A DNA stretch of 64,000 bases from Candidatus Limnocylindria bacterium (lineage in GTDB: Bacteria > Chloroflexota > Limnocylindria > P2-11E), in contig JBGPKU010000004.1 in NCBI GenBank assembly GCA_041486085.1, positions 3,231 to 67,230 on the forward strand, in the 5' to 3' direction. The translations under genes and the position numbers were made by a program. The notes beneath the pieces are model-generated. The model saw nothing but the letters and a program-made list of their open reading frames with translations. It was not told where the DNA came from and ran no database searches. Of the stretch, positions 19,240 to 27,696 are shown piece after piece. Position 1 is the first letter of the stretch. The number at the start of each line of letters is the position of its first letter.

Positions 19240-19775
19240 TCGGAGCCGCGGAGACCACCGTCCGCAGCGACCGGCTCGACCTGCCGCTGCTCGACGGCCG
19301 GCTGCTCGACGCTCTGATCGCGCGAGACCGCCAGGCCATCCGCCGGATCGCGCCATACCGCATCCCCGACGCCTTCCCGGACGACGACCAGCGCGACCTG
19401 CTGCGCTTCCGGCGCGGACAGCTGACCGCCGATCCCGCTCGCTACCCCTGGTCGGTGCGGGCCATCGTGCTCCGGCAGACGAACGAGATGGTCGGCTTCG
19501 TGAACTTCCACGGCGCGCCCGGCGTGAACGACACGAACGTCGATGGCGCGCTCGAGCTCGGCTGGACGGTGTTCCCGGCCGCGCGAAGGAATGGATACGC
19601 GACCGAGACCGCTGTCGCGCTGATGGACTGGGCCACACGGGCGCACGGGATCCAGCACTTCATCTCCAGCACGACGCCCGACAACAGGGCTTCGCTGCGG
19701 GTCCACGAGAAGCTGGGCTTCGCCCGGACGGGCGAATTCATCGAGGGAGAGGTGATCTTCGAGCTGCGCCGGTAG
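19236..19775 (+). CDS. GNAT-family N-acetyltransferase
   Basis: Acetyl-CoA-binding segment RRNGYATETAVALMDWA; overlaps the xdhC stop. Confidence 0.7.
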   Translation: MIGAAETTVRSDRLDLPLLDGRLLDALIARDRQAIRRIAPYRIPDAFPDDDQRDLLRFRRGQLTADPARYPWSVRAIVLRQTNEMVGFVNFHGAPGVNDTNVDGALELGWTVFPAARRNGYATETAVALMDWATRAHGIQHFISSTTPDNRASLRVHEKLGFARTGEFIEGEVIFELRR

Positions 19776-20043
19776 CTGGCTAGAAGGTGTGGGCGGCGCT
19801 GGCGGTGGCGCTGGCGACAGCGACCATGCCGAGGGCGGCAAGCGTCGCGAGGTAGAGCAGCAGCCGTCCGAGTCGCATCACTGTTCAAACGTGAGGCATC
19901 GCCCGACGCTACGCGAGTGAGTCATCGGGCAGGAGTCATACGCGCTCCCTAGCAGTTGCTCGCGGCCGGCTCGGCTCCTTCGAGTCCTGGCACTTCGTCC
20001 TCGACGTCGGCGACCGAGCGCACGGCGCGTGCCGGCGGCGCGT

Positions 20044-21030
20044 TCAGACGTTGTTCAGGATCGCGCCGGCGTTGCCGCTGAAGATCCTGTCCTTGTCCGC
20101 CTGGGAGATGTCCAGCGACTCGACGCTCGTGACGCTGCGCTCGATCGAGCCGAGCAGATGCGGGTAATCGCTGCCCATGACGAGGTGATCGGCACCGACC
20201 TGCCCGAGCGCGAGCCGAAGCGACGGGGACGAGAAGGACACGGTGTCGTAGTACAGGCGTCGCAGGTAGACGCTCGGGAGCTCGTCGATGTTGGCACGGC
20301 ACTCTGCGAAGTCCCGCCAGCCGTTGTCGAGGCGCTCGAAGAGGTACGGCACCGCACCCCCGAGGTGGCCCAGGATCCAGCGGATTCGCGGCAGCTGCGC
20401 GAAGACGCCCGCGTAGCAGAGCCGGGCGACCGCGAGCGTCGTGTCGAACGGGAAGCCGACGATCGGGCCGAGGACGTATTCGGCGAAGTACTCGCCGTTC
20501 GGCGGGATCATCGGGTGGATGAAGACGCAGACTGAGCGCCGGTCGCACTCCTCGAAGAACGGCCGGTAGCGCGCATCGGTCAGGGCGCGACCGTTGATGT
20601 TCGACAAGACGACGACGCCGTTCAGGCGCAGCTGCCCGAGCGCGCGTTCGAGCTCGCGCAGCGCCGCGTCGGGATCGTCCATCGGGATGGAGGCGAAGCC
20701 CCTGAAGCGCTTCGGCTCCTTCGAGATCAGCTCGGCGTACGCGTCGTTCACGAGGCGCGCCACCTCGGCCTGGCGCTCGGGCGGCGCGAAGTACACGTTC
20801 GGAGTCGAGAGGCTGAGGACCTCGACGTCGATGCCGACCCGATCCATGTCTTCGATGCGTTTCCGAGCGTCGGTCATCGGCGGAGTGATGCCGAAGAAGC
20901 GGGCTCCGCGGAACCGGATGATCGTCTGACCGGTCGGGCTCTGGCCGAACGCGAAGTCGCCGCCGATCTGTTCGATGAGGCGGAAGTAGGCCTGCGGGTA
21001 GTAATGCGTGTGGAGGTCCCAGCGGGGCAT
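20044..21030 (-). CDS. Amidohydrolase-2 family metal-dependent hydrolase/decarboxylase (ACMSD-like TIM barrel)
   Basis: N-terminal DLHTHY metal motif; ...GSDYPH C-terminal motif. Confidence 0.8.
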   Translation of the reverse strand: MPRWDLHTHYYPQAYFRLIEQIGGDFAFGQSPTGQTIIRFRGARFFGITPPMTDARKRIEDMDRVGIDVEVLSLSTPNVYFAPPERQAEVARLVNDAYAELISKEPKRFRGFASIPMDDPDAALRELERALGQLRLNGVVVLSNINGRALTDARYRPFFEECDRRSVCVFIHPMIPPNGEYFAEYVLGPIVGFPFDTTLAVARLCYAGVFAQLPRIRWILGHLGGAVPYLFERLDNGWRDFAECRANIDELPSVYLRRLYYDTVSFSSPSLRLALGQVGADHLVMGSDYPHLLGSIERSVTSVESLDISQADKDRIFSGNAGAILNNV

Positions 21031-21209
21031 CGTTCCGGCCAGCCTACCCGCGGTGCCGTCCGTTCGTGCTCAACAGGCGAGGAAGACCGGCCCTCTCCTC
21101 CACAGGGAGGAGTCGAAGAGAAGCGACCTAGACAGCGGCAGCGACGTGTGATGATCTGACACGCACCACGGCGACGCCCCGCCGTGCGGGGCCGACACGG
21201 AAGGACGCC

Positions 21210-21764
21210 TCAGGGCCCGCACTGTTGGCGCGTCACGTAGGCTTGCGCGTCCTGCTGGTAGGAGAGCCACATCGTCTTGATGTAGGCGAGCACATCGTTG
21301 ATCTCCGCGTCGGAGAGCTTGTCCTTGAACGCGAGCATCTTCGGCGCGCCCGGAGGAGCCATCATGTCGCGCATCGCCGCGGTCATCTCGTCGCCGCCAT
21401 CGCGGATGATCTGCTTCAGTTCGCATTCGGGGTGGTTCCAGGTATGGCCGTTGGAGTTGTGGCGCGGCGGGTAATCCGCCATCCCGCCTCCGCTCGGGCC
21501 GCCATGGCAGCTCGCGCAGCTCGCGTAATAGAGCACCTGGCCGCGTAGCTCCCGCGCGCTGAAGCTGGTCCTCGGTCGAGTGTCATCAATCGAGACGGGC
21601 GCCGCGAACCAGTTGAGACGCCAGCCGATCACCAGCCCGATCGCCACGATGACGGCAACGCCAGCGACGAACCCGAGGGCCGCGGCGAGACGCTTCGGAC
21701 GTTGACCCTGCGCGTCCGGCGCATCCATCGACGGGCAATGTAGTACGGGTGCGCCCACTACCAT
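21210..21764 (-). CDS. Membrane-anchored class I cytochrome c
   Basis: N-terminal TM helix; single CASCH heme motif; distal Met region; start may be the internal MDAPD (would end at 21728). Confidence 0.75.
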   Translation of the reverse strand: MVVGAPVLHCPSMDAPDAQGQRPKRLAAALGFVAGVAVIVAIGLVIGWRLNWFAAPVSIDDTRPRTSFSARELRGQVLYYASCASCHGGPSGGGMADYPPRHNSNGHTWNHPECELKQIIRDGGDEMTAAMRDMMAPPGAPKMLAFKDKLSDAEINDVLAYIKTMWLSYQQDAQAYVTRQQCGP

Positions 21765-21770
21765 CGGGCT

Positions 21771-22100
21771 GTGGGCCTGACCGTCTCACGTCGGCGCTTG
21801 CTCGTCCTATCAGCCGGCGCGGTCGTCACATCCTGCGCGCCTCGGTTCGACCGCCCGGGCGACGCTCTCGTCCAGCTCTACGCGAGTCCGTCGAAGAACG
21901 AGTGGCCTCCGGAGTTCCTCCAGCTGCCGGCTGAGACGCAAGCGATGTATCGGTACGCGGCTGCCAACGAGGCGACGCTGCAGTGGTTCCCCTGTTACTG
22001 CGGCTGCGTCGCGGCAGGTCACCGTTCGAACTTCGACTGCTACGTCCGCGAGGTGCTGCCGGACGGACGGATCCGCCTGGACACGATGAGCTTTGGCTGA
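21771..22100 (+). CDS. Tat lipoprotein with PCYCGC motif (putative metal/redox-binding), conservative ORF to the first TGA
   Basis: SRRRLLVLSAGAVVTSC Tat plus lipobox; motif WFPCYCGCVAAGH; ends at TGA 22098-22100 (see the next feature). Confidence 0.65.
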   Translation: MGLTVSRRRLLVLSAGAVVTSCAPRFDRPGDALVQLYASPSKNEWPPEFLQLPAETQAMYRYAAANEATLQWFPCYCGCVAAGHRSNFDCYVREVLPDGRIRLDTMSFG

Positions 22101-22238
22101 GACATCTGCACGGGGATCACGCGTGACGTGATCGACATGAAGGTGAAAGGCGTGAGCCTGCTCGCCATCAGGCACGCGATCGACGAGAAGTGGAGCGGGA
22201 AGGGTCCCGGGACGAAGACGCGGCTTCCTCCGGAGTAG
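22098..22238 (+). other. Candidate UGA(Sec)-recoded in-frame extension of the PCYCGC lipoprotein (45 further codons to TAG)
   Basis: Same frame after TGA reads U-DICTGITRDVIDMKVKGVSLLAIRHAIDEKW...; GC3 is about 90% as in genuine genes; creates a UxxC motif; SECIS-like hairpin downstream. Confidence 0.35.
22115..22133 (+). other. SECIS-like stem-loop 14 nt downstream of UGA
   Basis: GAUCACG-CGUGA-CGUGAUC: 7-bp perfect stem, 5-nt loop containing GU. Confidence 0.35.
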
Positions 22239-22365
22239 CGACGCCTCCTGGTCGGTGGCGCTGGTCGCCCCTGAGTCTTTGAAGGGCACGCACGCATCTG
22301 ACAAGTCGAAGACGACCTAGCGACGGCTCCGTCCGACCACCGAGCGCGCGAGCGCCTCGGGCGCG

Positions 22366-22443
22366 TTACTTCTTGGGTTCGGGCTTCGAGGTCGAGCTCC
22401 CTGAGCAGCACTGACCGCAACAAGCGCCACATGCGCACGCCAT
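22366..22443 (-). CDS. Tiny Cys-rich ORF (25 aa, 8 Cys; metallothionein-like?)
   Basis: MACACGACCGQCCSGSSTSKPEPKK; strong GGAGGUG Shine-Dalgarno 6 nt upstream of ATG; but GC3 is lower than in genome-typical genes. Confidence 0.3.
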   Translation of the reverse strand: MACACGACCGQCCSGSSTSKPEPKK

Positions 22444-22512
22444 GACCCACCTCCACCGGTTGTTGCTCGAACTGTACGAGCCGTACGGCTGGCGGCTGCG
22501 TACCATCGCTCC

Positions 22513-22941
22513 GTGCAGCTCCGCGTTCTCCCGCACGGCGGCGAGCCGATACGGTGCGACGTCAGCGGCTGCTGCGTCTGGACCGCGCGGAGCTCCGTTA
22601 CCACTGTACGCGTGCGCCTATACGAGGCCAGCCGGGGAGCACTGCCCGCGTGGGCACGCATCGATAGCTTCTGCCGCAACGGACGATGCGTGAACCTCGA
22701 TCACCTGCGGATGAGCAGGGACGCAGCAGTTGGAACCGGGTCGCCAAGCGTGGCCCAGTGCCGCCGCGGCCACGACCTCACGCCCGAGAACGTCGTCAGG
22801 CACCGCGACGGGCGAGTCGCCTACTGCCGCACGTGCCGCAATGAACAGAGGCGCGATCGTTATCGCACGGACGCCGCGTTCGCCCGCGAGGAGATGGCGC
22901 GCCAGCGCGCACTGCGGCGCGGTGCTCCGCCACAATCCTAG
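22513..22941 (+). CDS. HNH endonuclease
   Basis: C..W ... DSFCRNGRCVNLDHL ... CRRGHDLTPEN...YCRTCRNE matches the HNH/zinc-finger pattern of standalone actinobacterial HNH nucleases. Confidence 0.65.
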   Translation: MQLRVLPHGGEPIRCDVSGCCVWTARSSVTTVRVRLYEASRGALPAWARIDSFCRNGRCVNLDHLRMSRDAAVGTGSPSVAQCRRGHDLTPENVVRHRDGRVAYCRTCRNEQRRDRYRTDAAFAREEMARQRALRRGAPPQS

Positions 22942-23102
22942 AACGGCCCAGCTGGTCACTGTCACGTAACGGCGCTCGCAAGCGGCACACAAACGCCGCA
23001 CTCGGACAGAGACGCCAGGTGCCCACAACGCGAGGATGAGGGGCGCTTGGGATCCGAGGAGAGTTCCCATGGAACGATTGAAGGGGCTCATCGCCTTCTC
23101 AC

Positions 23103-23597
23103 ATGGAGACCGCGGCCGCGTTCTATACATCAGGAATGACAGAGCTCTTGACGTTCGGCGATCTGCTGTCACGCCACGAGCGCGAGATCTTCGTTTACGC
23201 ACTGCGCCTCACCGGCGACCGCGACGATGCCGACGACATCTATCAGGAGACGTTCCTCGCGGCCTTCAAAGGCTGGCCGCCGCCGCGGCGCGGCCAGGAG
23301 CGTGCCTGGCTCTACCGCATCGCGACGAACAAGGTCATCGACCGGGCGCGGCGCGCGAAGCGCCTGGTCCGCATGGACGATCTGCGCCTCGCTGCACCGG
23401 AACGTGACGGCGTGTCGCTGGCCGACCTCGGCGCGGCGGTGAAGGTGCTGCCGGAGGGACAGCGCGCGGCATTCGTGCTGCGCAAGGTGCAGGGGCTCGA
23501 CTACGCAGACGTGGCGCGCGCGCTCGAGTGCAGTGAGGAGGCCGCGCGGTCGCGCGTGGCCGAAGCGATGAAGAAGGTCCGGGAGGCGATGAAGTGA
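23103..23597 (+). CDS. RNA polymerase sigma-70 factor, ECF subfamily
   Basis: Region 2 (FVYALRLTGDRDDADDIYQETFLAAF) and region 4 (RAAFVLRKVQGLDYADVARAL); start may be the internal MTELL (23136). Confidence 0.85.
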   Translation: METAAAFYTSGMTELLTFGDLLSRHEREIFVYALRLTGDRDDADDIYQETFLAAFKGWPPPRRGQERAWLYRIATNKVIDRARRAKRLVRMDDLRLAAPERDGVSLADLGAAVKVLPEGQRAAFVLRKVQGLDYADVARALECSEEAARSRVAEAMKKVREAMK

Positions 23598-24217
23598 TTG
23601 GCGATGGAAAGGGCGGAGCCGCTGCGACGACCGAAGTCCTCATGACCGATGCGCGGGAGCGACTGCTGGTGCGCGCGCGGCGCGACGGGCTCGAGACGGT
23701 CGGATACCGCGTCGTCGATTCTCCTCTCGGCCCACTCTGGATCGCGGTCGGTCCCAAGGGTGTGCTGACGATCCACTACGGCGCCGAGCCGTCGCAGGGC
23801 GAGCTTGCGCGCATCGTTCGCACCTATGGACCGGGCGTGCTGCCCGACCCGCGCAGGGCCGACCCGGTCGCCCGTGAGCTCGACCAGTACTTCAATGGGA
23901 GGCGTCGCGCCTTCGACGTGGCCTTCGACCTCGCGGGGCTGACGGACTTCCAGCGCCGGATCCTCGCAGCGACGGCGCGGGTCCCGTTCGGAGATGTGAG
24001 CACCTACGCGAAGGTGGCGGCGAGGGCCGGAAGCGAAAAGGCCTCCCGCGCCGCGGGTCAAGCGCTCGGGGCGAACCCCATTCCGATCGTGGTCCCCTGC
24101 CACCGCATCCTGGCAAGCGACGGCACCATGGGCGGGTACTCCGGCGGTCTCGACGCGAAGCGAGTGCTCCTCCGGCTGGAGCGCGGCAGTGTGCCAAAAG
24201 CCACTCAGTACCGCTGA
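23594..24217 (+). CDS. ogt: Methylated-DNA-[protein]-cysteine S-methyltransferase (Ogt/MGMT)
   Basis: VPCHRI active-site motif (PCHR) and upstream helix-turn-helix; ATGA overlap with the sigma gene stop. Confidence 0.85.
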   Translation: MIGDGKGGAAATTEVLMTDARERLLVRARRDGLETVGYRVVDSPLGPLWIAVGPKGVLTIHYGAEPSQGELARIVRTYGPGVLPDPRRADPVARELDQYFNGRRRAFDVAFDLAGLTDFQRRILAATARVPFGDVSTYAKVAARAGSEKASRAAGQALGANPIPIVVPCHRILASDGTMGGYSGGLDAKRVLLRLERGSVPKATQYR

Positions 24218-24326
24218 CTCGCGCACGGTCCATAGTCGCGACGCCTTCGACGTGAGTACGCTGTCTATTCCGGGGGAAGCCGTTCGTCGTACTCGTGAGA
24301 ACGCAGGAACGGCCAGGGAGGACCAG

Positions 24327-24668
24327 ATGGCGAAGTACGCATTCCTCTTCATCGACGACGGCGTGGATTACCAGGGGAACCCCACGCCCGAACAGCAGGC
24401 GGTCTACAACCAGATCTTCAAGTGGTTCGAGACCAACGGAGAGAAGATCGTGGACGGCGGGGCCGAGCTCCAGCCGACGCGCACCGCGACGACGATCCGG
24501 AAGCAGGGCGGCAAGGTGACCGTCGTCGACGGACCGTTCATCGAAGCGAAGGAGTCCGTCGGGGGCTTCAGCATTCTCGAGCTGCCGGACAAGGCGGCGG
24601 CGATCGCCGTCGCGAAGACCTGGCCCGGCCACGCGATCGAGATCCGGCAGATCGTCGACAACGGGTAG
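24327..24668 (+). CDS. DGPF/YciI-like domain protein (copy 1)
   Basis: Internal ATG preceded by GGGAGG; DGPFIEAKESVGGF signature of the DGPF family that neighbours ECF sigma factors. Confidence 0.75.
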   Translation: MAKYAFLFIDDGVDYQGNPTPEQQAVYNQIFKWFETNGEKIVDGGAELQPTRTATTIRKQGGKVTVVDGPFIEAKESVGGFSILELPDKAAAIAVAKTWPGHAIEIRQIVDNG

Positions 24669-24678
24669 GAGAAGGTAG

Positions 24679-25026
24679 ATGCCGCAGTACATGCTGATGT
24701 TCGTCGGCAACGACGACGAGTGGGCCGCGCAGTCCAAGGAGCAGCTGAAGAGCGCGTACGCCGAGATCGGCAGTTGGTGGGACGACCTGTCCAAGCAGGG
24801 CGTCATCAAAAAGGGCGGAGAGCTCGCACACCGGAACACCGCGACCACGGTGCGCCGCGTGAGCGGACAGATGAAGGTGAGCGACGGTCCGTTCATCGAG
24901 TCGAAGGAGCACGTCGGCGGCTACGCGCTGATCGCCGTCCCGGACCTCGACGCCGCGATCGCCATCGCGAAGAGCTGGCCCGGGAAGTCGACCACCGTCG
25001 AGGTCCGGCCGATCGTGGAGCGATAG
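24679..25026 (+). CDS. DGPF/YciI-like domain protein (copy 2)
   Basis: [14 protein letters not shown]; paralog of the upstream gene. Confidence 0.75.
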   Translation: MPQYMLMFVGNDDEWAAQSKEQLKSAYAEIGSWWDDLSKQGVIKKGGELAHRNTATTVRRVSGQMKVSDGPFIESKEHVGGYALIAVPDLDAAIAIAKSWPGKSTTVEVRPIVER

Positions 25027-25052
25027 CCGCGACCACCATCACGAATGACGCG

Positions 25053-26300
25053 GTGGCGGCGGTCTTCCACCAGGAGGCCGGCCGGCTCACCGCGGCGCTC
25101 GTGCGGACCCTCGGCGACTTCGATCTGGCGGAGGAGTGCGTGCAGGACGCGCTCGTCGCCGCGCTCGAGCACTGGCCGCGCGAGGGAGTGCCCGCGAACC
25201 CCGGCGCCTGGCTCATGACCGCCGCCCGCCGCAAGGGCATCGACCGTCTACGACGCGAGAAGCGCTATCAGGAGAAGGTCGCGCAATTGGAAAAATCCAT
25301 CGGACCGCTCGAGGGAGGGCCTGGCGTTCGCCGGGTAGGCGGAGGGGACGCGCAGACATTGCCCGATGAGCGCCTCGAGCTCATCTTCACCTGCTGTCAC
25401 CCCGCGCTGGCGCGCGAGGCGCAGGTCGCGCTCACGCTGCGCTCGGTCGCGGGCCTGACGACGCCGGAGATCGCCCGCGCCTTCCTCGTGCCCGAATCGA
25501 CCGTGGCGCAACGCCTCGTCCGCGCGAAACGGAAGATCGTGGACGCCGGCATCCCCTTTCGCGTCCCCGCGAAGGAGGAGCTGGGCGAGCGTCTCGAGGA
25601 GGTCCTCGCGGTGCTCTACCTCATGTTCAACGAGGGCTACCTCTCGACCGGGCGGCGCGGCGCGTCGGACCGCGATCTCGCGGCGGAGGCCGAGTGGCTC
25701 GCATCGCTCGTGACAGACCTGCTGCCCAACGAGCCCGAGACGCTCGGCCTGCAGGCGCTCATGCGCTTCCATCTCGCGCGAGCCGCATCACGCTTCGACG
25801 AGAACGGCGACATCGTGCTCCTCCGTGACCAGGACCGGATGAAGTGGGACCGCGCGAAGATCGATGAGGCCAGAGCGATCGTCGGTCGCTTCCTGCGCGC
25901 GGGGCGGGCCGGTCCGTATCAGCTGCAGGCGCTGATCGCGCTTGCGCATGCCGATGCGCCCTCGTGGCGCGAGACGCGCTGGCCCGACATCGTCCGGATG
26001 TACGACGCGCTTCTGGCGTTCGGCGATTCGCCGGTCATCCGCCTGAACCGCGCGATCGCGGTGCGTCACGTCGCGGGCGCGAAGATCGCCCTCGCCGAGG
26101 TCGATGCCCTCGCCGACGCGCTTGGCTCGTACCACCTGTTCCACGCCACGCGGGCGGAGTTCCTGCGCGAGCTCGGACGGATCCCGGAGTCCTTCGACGC
26201 CGATCGCCGCGCGCTCGCGCTCACTGACAACCCGGCCGAACGAGCCCTGCTCGAGCGCCGGCTGGCCGCCGCTCGGGGGCTCGCGGGGCAGTCGGCCTAG
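25053..26300 (+). CDS. ECF sigma factor with C-terminal TPR-like extension (ECF42-type, COG4941)
   Basis: GTG start right after the DGPF stop; sigma-2 ([20 protein letters not shown]) and sigma-4 regions plus about 200-aa helical C-terminal domain; conserved DGPF neighbours. Confidence 0.8.
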   Translation: MAAVFHQEAGRLTAALVRTLGDFDLAEECVQDALVAALEHWPREGVPANPGAWLMTAARRKGIDRLRREKRYQEKVAQLEKSIGPLEGGPGVRRVGGGDAQTLPDERLELIFTCCHPALAREAQVALTLRSVAGLTTPEIARAFLVPESTVAQRLVRAKRKIVDAGIPFRVPAKEELGERLEEVLAVLYLMFNEGYLSTGRRGASDRDLAAEAEWLASLVTDLLPNEPETLGLQALMRFHLARAASRFDENGDIVLLRDQDRMKWDRAKIDEARAIVGRFLRAGRAGPYQLQALIALAHADAPSWRETRWPDIVRMYDALLAFGDSPVIRLNRAIAVRHVAGAKIALAEVDALADALGSYHLFHATRAEFLRELGRIPESFDADRRALALTDNPAERALLERRLAAARGLAGQSA

Positions 26301-26310
26301 GCTTGGTGAC

Positions 26311-26595
26311 GTGGTGAGAGTGCTGCTCCATGGCGCGTGGCGGGGGTTCGCCGGAGGCGCGCGCGAGGTGCGTCTCGAAGCCGTGACGCTGCGAGAGGCC
26401 CTCGACGGGCTTGCGGGCGCGCACCCCGCTCTCACGGAGCGCCTGCGCGACGAGCATGGCAAGCTCCGAGCTCACCTCGCCCTCTTCGTGAACGACGAGG
26501 ACGCGCGGCTCCTCGGCTGGGAGGACGCGACGCTGCGCGACGGCGATGTCCTGCACATCATTCCGGCGCTTTCGGGCGGATCCACTGCGAATTGA
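26311..26595 (+). CDS. MoaD/ThiS-family ubiquitin-like sulfur-carrier protein with a 4-residue extension after the GG motif
   Basis: About 94 aa from GTG; ...DGDVLHIIPALSGG-STAN*; beta-grasp-like length and pattern. Confidence 0.5.
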   Translation: MVRVLLHGAWRGFAGGAREVRLEAVTLREALDGLAGAHPALTERLRDEHGKLRAHLALFVNDEDARLLGWEDATLRDGDVLHIIPALSGGSTAN

Positions 26596-26619
26596 ACGAC
26601 TGATCAAGGAGGGGATGCG

Positions 26620-27696
26620 ATGCCGAAGACGGTGAAGCTGCTCGTTGGGACCAAGAAGGGCCTGTTCCAGCTGCAGAGCGATGCGGATCGGAAGAAATGG
26701 TCGGTCGACGGACCCTCCTACGCGCCCGCGCCGATCTATCACGCCACGTTCGACCCGCGGGACCGATCGATGTACGCGGCGATCAACCAGAGCTGGGGCG
26801 GGTCGCGCATCGAATACAGCCGCGACCTCGGAAAGACCTGGCAGGTCGCGAAGAACCCCGCGTTCCCCGAAGGCTCGGACCGCACGTTCTCTCAGACCTG
26901 GCACATCGAGCCGGGCCACGCGAAGACGCCGAATGTGATGTGGGCGGGCGTCGAGCCCGCGGCACTCTTCAAAAGCGAAGATCGCGGCGAGTCCTGGGCG
27001 CTCGTAAAAAGCCTCGACGATCAGCCGTCACGCGCGAAGTGGGTGCCCGGTTTCGGCGGCCTCGGCCTCCACTCGATCGCCGTCGATGCGTCTGATCCGA
27101 AGTTCATGCAGGTCGGCGTCAGCGTCGGTGGCGTCTACACGTCGAGGGACGGCGGAGCCTCGTGGGAACAGGACAACACGCGGACCGGCGGCGCCCCGGG
27201 TGAGCAGGACCGGCCGGACGTCATGTACTGCATCCACAAGCTTCTCGCCCACCCCAAGACCGCCGGCGTGCGCTTCATGAGGGTGCACGAGGAGGTGTAC
27301 TGGCGCGACCCGGGCGAGACCACGTGGACTTTCCGCACGACGGGTCTGCCGAGCAACTTCGGGTTCTCCGCGGCCATGCACCCGCATGACCCGAAGACCG
27401 CATGGGTCATCCCGCTCGATGCCCGGAAGCGCACTGCGCCCGAGCCGGGCATCGGTGTGTACAAGACGACCGATCGCGGCGCGAGCTGGACCCGGCAGGA
27501 CAAGGGTCTGCCGCACGGCGCACCGCTCGGATCTTTGCGCGACGGCATGGACACCGACAACTTCGACGACGCCGGCGTGTACTTCGGGACGTCCAACGGC
27601 GAGGTCTACGCGAGCCGGAACGAGGGAACGTCGTGGGAGCGGATCGCGCAGTACCTGCCATACGTCGTTTCGGTGCACGCGGCGACGCTGGACTAG
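26620..27696 (+). CDS. BNR/Asp-box repeat protein (sialidase-like / Ycf48-like beta-propeller)
   Basis: Five S-x-D-x-G-x-(T/S)-W repeats (SRDLGKTW, SEDRGESW, SRDGGASW, TTDRGASW, SRNEGTSW); AAGGAGG Shine-Dalgarno 7 nt upstream. Confidence 0.8.
   Translation: MPKTVKLLVGTKKGLFQLQSDADRKKWSVDGPSYAPAPIYHATFDPRDRSMYAAINQSWGGSRIEYSRDLGKTWQVAKNPAFPEGSDRTFSQTWHIEPGHAKTPNVMWAGVEPAALFKSEDRGESWALVKSLDDQPSRAKWVPGFGGLGLHSIAVDASDPKFMQVGVSVGGVYTSRDGGASWEQDNTRTGGAPGEQDRPDVMYCIHKLLAHPKTAGVRFMRVHEEVYWRDPGETTWTFRTTGLPSNFGFSAAMHPHDPKTAWVIPLDARKRTAPEPGIGVYKTTDRGASWTRQDKGLPHGAPLGSLRDGMDTDNFDDAGVYFGTSNGEVYASRNEGTSWERIAQYLPYVVSVHAATLD

Noticed and set aside
19786-19882. A 32-codon hydrophobic minus-strand ORF (MRLGRLLLYLATLAALGMVAVASATASAAHTF) in the GNAT-amidohydrolase gap.
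   Set aside because: It has no Shine-Dalgarno, consists of signal-peptide-like sequence only, and fits neither an exported nor a membrane mini-protein pattern.
22442-22693. An 83-aa plus-strand ORF sharing a CATG start with the Cys-rich ORF and overlapping the HNH gene.
   Set aside because: It is out of frame with the HNH homology, which is continuous in the 22513 frame, and has a composition-biased translation.
26593-26622. The TGA ending the MoaD-like gene is in the same frame as the downstream BNR gene, which could look like a third Sec read-through.
   Set aside because: No hairpin downstream and no x-x-C redox context. The 24-nt spacer contains a near-perfect AAGGAGG Shine-Dalgarno for an independent ATG start. 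A shared frame is expected by chance one time in three.
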